A stretch of 64,000 nucleotides of DNA. It comes from the human T2T-CHM13v2.0 reference genome, Homo sapiens. The notes under the pieces are model-generated. The model saw only the letters and a program-made list of their open reading frames with translations. It did not search any database and was not told where the DNA came from. The DNA lies in assembly GCF_009914755.1 (NCBI RefSeq), contig NC_060933.1; one strand, given 5' to 3'. Each line of letters starts with the position of its first letter. Within the stretch, counting starts at the first letter, position 1. Position numbers and translations under genes: made by a program. Positions 53,601 to 64,000 of the stretch are shown in pieces.

Positions 53601-56600
53601 CATTCCATTCCATACCATTCCATTCTATTCCATTCCATTCCATTCCGTTCCATTCCGTTCCATTGCATTCCATTCCATTCTATTCGGGTTAATTCCATTC
53701 CATTCCATTCCATTCCATTCTATTCCATTCCATTGCAATCGAGTTGAATCCATTGCATTCCATTCCATTCCATTCCATTCCATTCCATTCCATTCCGGAA
53801 GATTCCATTCCATTGCATTCCATTCCATTCCATTCCCCTGCACTCGCGTTGATTCCATTCCATTCCATTGCATTCCATTCCGTTCCGTTCCGTTCCATTC
53901 CATTCCATTCCATTCCATTCCGTTCCGTTCCATTCCATTCCATTCCATTCCATTCTATTTGGGTTAATTCCATTCCATTCCATTCGATTGCAATCGAGTT
54001 GATTCCGTTCCATTCCATTCCATTCCATTCCATTCCATTCCATTCCATTCCTTTCCATTCCATTACGGACGATTCCATTCCATTGCATTCCATTCCATTC
54101 CATTCCCCTGTACTCGGGTTGATTCCATTCCATTCCATTCCAATCCATGCCATTCAACTCGTGTTGATTCCATTCTTTCCATTCCATTCAAGGTGAATCC
54201 ATTCCATTGCATTCCATTCCATTCGATTCCATTCGATTGCACTCGGGTTGATTCCATTCCATTGCATTCCATTCCATTCCATTCCATTCCATTCCATTCC
54301 ATTCCGTTCCATTCCATTCCATTACATTCGGATTGATTCTATTCAATTCCCTTACACTCCATTACATTCCATTCCATTCGGGTAGTTTCCATTCCATTCC
54401 ATTCCATTCCTCTCCATTCCATTGCACTCGGGTTGATTCCATTCCATTGCATTCCATTCCATTCCATTCAATTCCATTCCGTTCCATTCCATTCCATTTC
54501 ATTCGGATTGATTCTATTCAACTCCCGTACTCTCTATTACATTTGATTCCATTCGGGTTGTTCCATTCCATTCCATTCCATTCCACTCCATTCCATTGCA
54601 CTCGGGTTGATTCCATTCCATTCCATTCCATACCGGAAGATTCCATTCCATTGCATTCCATTACATTCCATTCCCCTGCACTCGCGTTGATTCCATTCCA
54701 TTCCATTCCATTCCATTCCATTCCATTCCATTCCTTTCCGTTCAATTCCATTCCATTCCATTACATTCCATTCCATTCCGTTCCGTTCCGTTCCGTTCCG
54801 TTCCATTCCATTCCATTCCATTCTATTCGGGTTAATTCCATTCCATTCCATTCCATTGCAATCGAGTTGATTCCATTCCATTCCATTCCATTCCATTCCT
54901 TTCCATTCCATTACGGATGATTCCATTCCATTGCATTCCATTCCATTCCATTCCCCTGTACTCGGGTTGATTCCATTCCATTCCATTCCAATCCATGCCA
55001 TTCCACTCGTGTTGATTCCATTCTTTCCATTCCATTCAAGTTGAATCCATTCCATTGCATTCCATTCCATTCCATTCCCCTTCAGTCGGGTTGATTCCAT
55101 TCCATTCCATTCCATTCCATTCCATTCCATTCCATTCCATTCCAATCGAGTTGATTCCATTCCATTCCATTCCATTCCATTCCACTCCATTCCAGTCCTT
55201 TCCATTCCATTCCACTCGGGTTGATTCCAATGTATTCCTTCCATTCCATTCCATTCCATTGCAATCGAGTTGATTCCATTGCTTTGCATTCCATTCCATT
55301 CCATTCCATTCCGGATGATTCCGTTCCATTGCATTCCATTCCATTCCATTCCCCTGCACTCGGGTTGATTCCATTCCATTCCACTCCATTCCATTCCATT
55401 CCATTCCATTCCCTTGTATTCGGGTTAATTCCATTCCATTCCATTGCATTCCATTCCATTCCATTCCATTCCAATCCATTACAATCGAGTTGATTCCATT
55501 CCATTCCATTCCATTCCATTCCATTCCATTCCATTCCAGTCCTTTCCATTCCATTCCACTCGGGTTGATTCCATTCTATTAGTTTCCATTCCATTCCATT
55601 CCCTTCCATTCCACTCTGGTTGATTCCATTCCTTTCCATTCCACTCGAATACATTCCCTCCTATTCCACTCGGAACGATTCTATTCCATTCCATTCCATT
55701 CCATTCCATTCCGTTCCATTTCGTTCCATTCCATTCTATTCCGTACCATTCCATTCCATTCCTTTCCATTCCATTCCATTCCACTCGTGTTGATTCCATT
55801 CCTTTCCATTCCATTCGGTTTGAAAGCATTCCATTCCATTCAATTCCACTCCATTCCATTCCATTCCATTCCATTCCATTCCATTCCATTCCATTCCATT
55901 CCATTGTACACGGGTTGATTCCATTCCATTGCATTCCATTCCATTCCATTCCATTCTATTCCATTCCATTCCATTCCATTCCGTTGCATTCCATTCCATT
56001 ACATTCGGATTGATTCTATTCAACTCCCTTACTCTCCATTACATTCCATTCCATTCGGGTTGTTCCATTCCATTCCATTCCATTCCACTCCATTCCATTG
56101 CACTCGGGTTGATTCCATTCCATTCCATTCCATTCCATTCCGGATGATTCCATTCCATTGCATTCCTTTCCATTACATTCCCTTGCACTCGCGTTGATTC
56201 CATTCCATTCCATTCCATTCCATTCAATTCCATTCCATTACAATTCGTTCCATTCCATTCTATTCTGTACCATTCCATTCCATTCCATACCATTCCATTC
56301 CATTCCATTCCATTCCATTCCGTTCCATTCCGTTCCATTCCATTCCATTCCATTCTATTCGGGTTAATTCCATTCCATTCCATTCCATTCCATTCTATTC
56401 CATTGCATTGCAATCGAGTTGAATCCATTGCATTTCATTCCATTCCATTCCATTCCATTCCGGAAGATTCCATTCCATTGCATTCCATTCCTTTCCATTC
56501 CCCTGCACTCGTGTTGATTCCATTCCATTCCATTCCATTCCATTCCGTTCCGTTCCGTTCAGTTCCATTCCATTCCATTCCATTCCATACCATTCCATTC

Positions 56601-56999
56601 CGTTCCGTTCCATTCCATTCCATTCCATTCTATTTGGGTTAATTCCATTCCATTCCATTCGATTGCAATCGAGTTGATTCCATTCCATTCCATTCCATTC
56701 CATTCCATTCCATTCCTTTCCATTCCTTTCCATTGCATTACGGATGATTCCATTCCATTGCATTCCATTCCATTCCATTCCCCAGTACTCGGGTTGATTC
56801 CATTCCATTCCATTCCAATCCATGCCATTCCACTCGTGTTGATTCCATTCTTTCCATTCCATTCAAGTTGAATCCATTCCATTGCATTCCATTCCATTCG
56901 ATTCCATTCGATTGCACTCGGGTTGATTCCATTCCATTGCATTCCATTCCATTCCATTTCATTCCATTCCATTCCTTTCCATTCCATTCCATACCATTC

Positions 57000-59900
57000 C
57001 ATTCCATTGCAATCGAGTTGATTCCATTCCATTCCTTTCCATTCCATTCCATTGCCTAGCATTCCACTCGTGTTGATTCCATGCCCTTCTTTCCACTCCA
57101 TTACATTCCCTTCCATTCCACTCGGAATGATTGATTCCATTCCATTCCATTCCATTTCATTCCATTGCAATCCATTCCAATCCATTCCATTCCATTCCAT
57201 TCCACTCGAGTTGATTTCATTCCATTCCTTTCCATTCCATTTCATTCGTTTCCACTCGAGTTGATTCCATTCCATTCCATTCCATTGCATTCCATTCCAT
57301 GCCATTCCACTCGGGTTGAATCCATTCCATTCCATTCCATTCCATTCCATTCCATTGCATTCCATTCCATTCCTTTCCCCTGCACTCGGGTTGATTCCAT
57401 TCCTTTCGATTCCATTTAATTCCATTCCATTCCATTCCATTCCATTCCAATCCATTCTATTCCATTCCATTCTATTCCATTGCAATCGACTTGATTCCAT
57501 TCCATTCCATTCCATTCCATTCCATTCCATTCCATTCCATTCCATTCCATTTTGTTCCAATCCATTCTATTCCGAACCATTCCATTCCATTCCATTCCAT
57601 TCCATTCCATGCCATTCCACTCGGGTTGATTCCATTCCTTTCCATTCCATTCGGGTTGAATCCATTCCACTCCATTCCATTCCATTCGAATCCATGCCAT
57701 TGCACTCGGGTTGATTCCATTCCATTCCATTCCATTCGATTCCATTCCATTCCATTCCATTCCGTTCCATTCCATTTCATTACGTTCAGATTGATTCTAT
57801 TCAATTCCCTTACACTCCATTATATTCCAATCCATTCTGGTTTTTTCCATTCCATTCCATTCCATTTCACTCCATTCCATTGCACTCGGTTTGATTCCAT
57901 TCCATTCCATTCCATTCCATTCCATTCCGGATGATTCCATTCCATTGCATTCCATTCCATTCCATTCCCCTGCACTCAGGTTGATTCCATTCCATTCCAT
58001 TCCACTCCATTCGGTTCCGTTCCATTCCATTCTATTGCATTCCATTCTATTCGGGTTAATTCGATTCCATTCTATTCCATTCCATTCCATTCCATTGCAA
58101 TGGAGTTGATTCCATTCCATTTCATTCCATTCCGGATGATTCCATTCCATTGCATTCCATTCCATTCCATTCCCCTGCACTCGTGTTGATTCCATTACCT
58201 TCCATTCCATTCCATTCCGTTCCATTGCATTGCATGCCATTCTATTCCGGTTAATTCCATTCCATTCCATTCCATTCCATTCCATTCCATTGCAATCGAG
58301 TTGATTCCATTCCATTCCTTTCCATTCCATTGCATTTCCTTGCATTCCACTCGGGTTGATTCCATTCCCTTCTTTCCACTCCATTACATTCCCTTCCATT
58401 CCACTCGGAATGATTGATTCCATTCCATTCCATTCCATTTCATTCCGTTGCAATCCATTCCAATCCATTCCATTCCATTCCATTCCACTCGAGTTGATTT
58501 CATTCCATTCCTTTCCATTCCATTCCATTCCTTTCCACTCGAGTTGATTCCATTCCATTCCATTCCATTGCATTCCATTCCATGCCATTCCACTCGGGTT
58601 GATTCCATTCCTTTGCATTCCTTTCCATTCCATTCCATTCCATTCCATTCCATTCCATTTCGTTGCATTCCATTCCATTACATTCGGATTGATTCTATTC
58701 AACTCCCTTACTCTCCATTACATTCCATTCCATTCGGGTTGTTCCATTCCATTCCATTCCATTCCACTCCATTCCATTGCACTCGGGTTGATTCCATTCC
58801 ATTCCATTCCAGTCCAGTCCGTTCCATTCCATTCCGGATGATTCCATTCCATTGCATTCCGTTCCATTACATTCCCCTGCACTCGCGTTGATTCCATTCC
58901 ATTCCATTCCATTCCATTCAATTCCATTCCATTACAATTCGTTCCATTCCATTCTATTCCGTACAATTCCATTCCATTCCATACCATTCCATTCCATTCC
59001 ATTCCATTCCATTCCGTTCCATTCCGTACCATTACATTCCATTCCATTCTATTCGGGTTAATTCCATTCCATTCCATTCCATTCCATTCCATTCTATTCC
59101 ATTCCATTGCAATCGAGTTGAATCCATTGCATTTCATTCCATTCCATTCAATTTCATTCCATTCCGGATGATTCCATTCCATTGCATTCCATTCCATTCC
59201 ATTCCCCTGCACTCGCGTTGATTCCATTGCATTCCATTCCATTCCATTCCATTCCATTCCATTCCGTTCCGTTCCGTTCCGTTCCATTCCATTCCATTCC
59301 ATTCCGTTTCATTCCATTCCATTCCATTCCATTCTATTCGGGTTAATTCATTCCATTCCATTCGATTGCAATCGTGTTGATTCCATTCCATTCCATTCCA
59401 TTCCATTCCATTCCATTCCATTCCCTTCCATTCCATTACGGATGATTCCATTCCATTGCATTCCATTCCATTCCATTCCCCTGTACTCGGGTTGATTCCA
59501 TTCCATGGCATTCCAATCCATGCCCTTCCACTCTTGTTGATTCCATTCTTTCCATTCCATTCAAGTTGAATCCATTCCATTGCATTCCATTCCATTCGAT
59601 TCCATTCGATTGCACTCGGGTTGATTCCATTCCATTGCATTCCATTCCATTCCATTCCGTTCCATTCCATTCCATTACATTCGGATTGATTCTATTCAAT
59701 TCCCTTACACTACATTACATTCCATTCCATTCGGGTGGTTTCCATTCCATTCCATTCCATTCCTCTCCATTCCATTGCACTCGGGTTGATTCCATTCCAT
59801 TGCATTCCATTCCATTCCATTCAATTCCATTCCGTTCCATTCCATTCCATTACATTCGGATTGATTCTATTCAACTCCCTTAGTCTCCATTACATTCCAT

Positions 59901-62900
59901 TCCATTCGGGTTGTTCCATTCCATTCCATTCCATTCCACTCCATTCCATTGCACTCGGGTTGATTCCATTCCATTCCATTCCATTCCATTCCATTCCGGA
60001 AGATTCCAATCCATTGCATTCCATTCCATTCCATTCCCCTGCACTCGCGTTGATTCCATTCCATTCCATTCTATTCCATTCCATTCCCTTCCTTTCCGTT
60101 CCATTCCATTCCATTCCATTCCATTCCATTCCATTCCATTGCAATCGAGTTGATTCCATTCCATTCCTTTCCATTCCTTTCCATTTCCTTGCATTCCACT
60201 CGGGTTGATTCCATTCCCTTCTTTCCACTCCATTACATTCCCTTCCATTCCACTCGGAATGTTTGATTCCATTCCATTCCATTCCATTTCATTCCATTGC
60301 AATCCATTCCAATCCATTCCATTCCATTCCATTCCACTCTAGTTGATTTCATTCCATTCCTTTCCATTCTATTCCATTCCTTTCCACTCGAGTTGTTTCC
60401 ATTCCATTCCATTCCATTGCTTTCCATTCCATGCCATTCCACTCGGGTTGATTCCATTCCATTCCATTCCATTCCATTTCATTCCATTCCATTCCATTCC
60501 ATTGCATTCCATTCCATTTCATTCCCCTGCACTCGGGTTGATTCCATTCCATTCCATTCCATTTAATTCCATTCCATTCCATTCCATTCCATTCCATTCC
60601 ATTCCATTCCAATCCGTTCCATTCCATTCCATTCCATTCCATTGCAATCGACTTGATTCCATTCCATTCCATTCCATTCCATTCCATTCCATTGCATTTT
60701 GTTCCAATCCATTCTATTCCGAACCATTCCATTCCATTCCATTCCATTCCATTCCATTCCATTCCATGCCATTCCACTCGGGTTGATTCCATTCCTTTCC
60801 ATTCCATTCGGGTTGAATGCATTCCACTCCATTCCATTCCATTCGAATCCATTCCATTGCACTCGGGTTGATTCCATTCCATTCCATTCCGTTCGATTCC
60901 ATTCCATTCCATTCCATTCCGTTCCATTCCATTTCATTACATTGAGATTGATTCTATTCAATTCCCTTACACTCCATTATATTCCAATCCATTCTGGTTT
61001 TTTCCATTCCATTCCATTCCATTTCACTCCATTCCATTGCACTCGGTTTGATTCCATTCCATTCCATTCCGGATGATTCCATTCCATTGCATTCCATTCC
61101 ATTACATTTCCCTGCACTCAGGTTGATTCCATTCCATTCCATTCCACTCCATTCGGTTCCGTTCCATTCCATTCTATTGCATTCCATTCTATTCGGGTTA
61201 ATTCCATTCCATTCTATTCCATTCCATTCCATTCCATTGCATTGCAATGGAGTTGATTCCATTCCATTCCATTCCATTCCGGATGATTCCATTCAAATGC
61301 ATTCCTTACCATTCCATTCCCCTGCACTCGTGTTGATTCCATTCCCTTCCATTGCATTCCATTCCGTTCAATTCCATTGCATTCCATTCTATTCCGGTTA
61401 ATTCCATTCCTTTCCATTCCATTCCATTCCATTCCATTGCAATCGAGTTGATTCCATTCCATTCCTTTCCATTCCATTCCATTGCCTTGCATTCCAATCG
61501 GGTTGATTCCATTCCCGTCTTTCCACTCCATTACATTCCCTTCCATTCCACTCGGAATGATTGATTCCATTCCATTCCATTCCATTTCATTCCATTGCAA
61601 TCCATTCCAATCCATTCCATTCCATTCCATTCTACTCGAGTTGATTTCATTCCATTCCTTTCCATTCCATTCCATTCCTTTCCACTCGAGTTGATTCCAT
61701 TCCATTCCATTCCATTGCATTCCATTCCATGCCATTCCACTCGGGTTGAACCCATTCCTTTGCATTCCATTCCATTCCATTCCATTGCATTCTGTTGCAT
61801 TCCATTCCATTACATTCGGATTGATTCTATTCAACTCCCTTACTCTCCATTACATTCCATTCCATTCCATTCGGGTTGTTCAATTCCATTCCATTCCATT
61901 CCACTCCATTCCATTGCACTCGGGTTGATTCCATTCCATTCCATTCCATTCCATTCCATTCCGGATGTTTCCATTCCATTGCATTCCTTTCCATTACTTT
62001 CCCCTGCACTCGCGTTGATTCCATTCCATTCCATTCCATTCCATTCAATTCCATTCCATTACAATTCGTTCCATTCCATTCTATTCCGTACCATTCCTTT
62101 CCATTCCATACCATTCCATTCCATTCCATTCCATTCCATTCCATTCCATTCCGTTCCATTCCGTTCCATTCCATTCCATTCCATTCTATTCGGGTTAATT
62201 CCATTCCAGTCCATTCCATTCCATTCTATTCCATTCCATTGCAATCGAGTTGAATCCATTGCATTTCATTCCATTCCATTCCATTCCATTCCATTCCATT
62301 CCGGAAGATTCCATTCCATTGCATTCCATTGCATTCCATTCCCCTGCACTCGCGTTGATTCCATTCCAGTCCATTCCATTCCATTCCATTCCATTCCATT
62401 CCATTCCGTTCCGTTCCATTCCATTCCATTCCATTCCATTCCGTTCCGTTCCATTCCATTCCATTCCATTCTATTCGGTTTAATTCCATTCCATTCCATT
62501 CGATTGCAATCGTGTTGATTCCATTCCATTCCATTCCATTCCATTCCATTCCATTCCATTCCTTTCCATTCCATTACGGATGATTCCATTCCATTGCATT
62601 CCATTCCATTCCATTCCCCTGTACTCGGGTTGATTCCATTCCATTCCATTCCAATCCATGCCATTCCACTCGTGTTGATTCCATTCTTTCCATTCCATTC
62701 AAGTTGAATCCATTCCATTGCATTCCATTCCATTCGATTCCATTCGATTGCACTCGGGTTGATTCCATTCCATTGCATTCCATTCCATTGCATTCCATTC
62801 CATTCCATTCCATTCCGTTCCATTCCATTCCATTACATTCGGATTGATTCTATTCAATTCCCTTACACTCCATTACATTCCATTCCATTCGGGTAGTTTC

Positions 62901-63290
62901 CATTCCATTCCATTCCATTCCTCTCCATTCCATTGGACTCGGGTTGATTCCATTCCATTGCATTCCATTCCATTCCATTCAATTCCATTCCGTTCAATCC
63001 ATTCCATTACATTCGGATTGATTCTATTCAACTCCCTTACTCTCCATTACATTCCATTCCATTCGGGTTGTTCCATTCCATTCCATTCCATTCCACTCCA
63101 TTCCATTGCAGTCGGGTTGATTCCATTCTTTCCATTCCATTCCATTCCATTCCGGAAGATTCCATTCCATTGCATACCATTCCATTCCATTCCCGTGCAC
63201 TCGCGTTGATTCCATTCCATTCCATTCTAATCCATTCCATTCCCTTCCTTTCCGTTCCATTCCATTCCATTCCATTCCATTCCATTCCGT
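57000..63290 (+). repeat. Older ~3.15 kb tandem duplication (copies ~57000-60135 and ~60136-63290)
   Basis: Same word order at an offset of about 3130-3160 (ORFs 57165->60297, 57797->60954, 58448->61595). Shared rare variants CTGGTTTTTTCC (~57837, ~60994) and GCAATCGTGTTG (~59368, ~62506). More substitutions than in the other duplications. Confidence 0.8.
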
Positions 63291-64000
63291 TCCGTTCCGT
63301 TCCATTCCATTCCATTCCATTCTATTCGGGTTAATTCCATTCCATTCCATTCGATTGCAATCGAGTTGATTCCATTCCATTCCATTCCATTCCATTCCAT
63401 TCCATTCCATTCCTTTCCATTCCTTTCCTTTCCATTACGGATGATTCCATTCCATTGCATTCCATTCCATTCCATTCCATTCCCCTACACTCGTGTTGAT
63501 ATCATTCCATTCCATTCCAATCCATGCCATTCCACTCGTGTTGATTCCATTCTTTCCATTCCATTCAAGTTGAATCCATTCCATTGCATTCTATTCCATT
63601 CGATTCCATTCGATTGCACTCGGGTTGATTCCATTCCATTGCATTCCATTCCATTCCATTCCATTCCATTCCGGATGATTCCATTCCATTGCATTCCATT
63701 CCATTCCATTCCCCTGCACTCGGGTTGATTCCATTCCATTCCATTACATTACATTACGTTCCATTCCATTCCATTCCATTCGGATTGATTCTATTCAATT
63801 CCCTTACACTCCATTCCGTTCCATTCCATTCGGGTAGTTTCCATTCCATTCCACTCCATTCCTCCCCATTCCATTGCACTCGGGTTGATTCCATTCCATT
63901 CCATTCCATTCCATTCCATTCCATTCCATTCCATTCAATTCCATTACATTCCATTCCATTCCATTCTATTCCATGCCATTCCCTTCCTTTCCGTTCCATT

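Larger units (their letters stand above)
1..64000 (+). repeat. Human Satellite III (HSat3) pericentromeric satellite array, (CATTC)n on + strand, probably 9q12-type subfamily
   Basis: CATTC pentamers throughout, interspersed with the classical Sat III decamer ACTCGGGTTG (reverse complement CAACCCGAGT) and related words. A single orientation across the window and no non-satellite sequence seen. Subfamily and chromosome are inferred from word content, not from an alignment. Confidence 0.97.
1..64000. promoter_or_regulatory. Dense array of TEAD (MCAT, CATTCC[A/T]) motif matches
   Basis: The consensus repeat CATTCCA is itself the MCAT core. Occupancy cannot be judged from sequence. Confidence 0.4.
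1..64000 (-). ncRNA. Possible template for stress-induced G-rich Sat III lncRNA
   Basis: It is established that Sat III arrays yield G-rich (GGAAU)n transcripts on heat shock, which here would be the - strand. No transcript boundaries are visible and expression of this particular segment is not shown. Confidence 0.3.

Noticed and set aside
84-63999. Hundreds of ORFs (MEWNG... and FHSIP... repeats)
   Set aside because: The pentamer lacks stop codons on both strands, so overlapping low-complexity ORFs appear in all six frames. There is no domain, splice or promoter evidence.
1-64000. CRISPR-like repeat/spacer appearance
   Set aside because: The interrupting words are recurrent degenerate pentamers rather than unique spacers, repeat lengths vary, and no cas genes are present.
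1-64000. Transposon insertion, unique island or strand inversion
   Set aside because: I found no Alu, L1 or LTR sequence, poly-A tail, target-site duplication or switch to (GGAAT)n on the + strand.
1-64000. HSat2, DYZ1 or alpha-satellite assignment
   Set aside because: Long pure CATTC runs with ACTCGGGTTG fit HSat3, not the CATTCGATTC-rich HSat2. There is no uniform ~3.6 kb DYZ1-like period, no 171-bp monomer and no CENP-B box.
1-64000. Canonical G-quadruplex or telomeric motifs on the - strand
   Set aside because: G runs are mostly GG with isolated GGG/GGGG. There are no clustered G3 tracts and no TTAGGG arrays.

Overview
The whole 64 kb window is one uninterrupted pentameric satellite array: (CATTC)n on the + strand and (GGAAT)n on the - strand. 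It is punctuated by recurrent variant words such as ACTCGGGTTG, AATCGAGTTG and CCGGA(A/T)GATT, which is human (or great-ape) Satellite III / HSat3. The word set resembles the 9q12-type subfamily, but chromosome assignment needs an alignment. I see no genes, transposon insertions or strand inversions; every ORF in the track is a translation artefact of the pentamer. The structure is higher-order. There is a near-identical ~9.3 kb tandem duplication whose junction falls in a pure CATTC run (~8932-8960), a ~3.72 kb unit present in about 2.85 copies (~37.0-47.7 kb), an older ~3.15 kb tandem pair (~57.0-63.3 kb), dispersed paralogous blocks and many small duplications. All are built from a small modular grammar of variant words. 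The most interesting functional candidate is one recurrent word, ATTCCGGAAGATTCC, a perfect three-unit heat shock element (nTTCnnGAAnnTTCn). I count about 26 intact copies by eye, and none in the 3.7 kb repeat domain, where the word is mutated in every copy. I found no novel protein-coding system. All counts and coordinates were read by eye and should be confirmed computationally.
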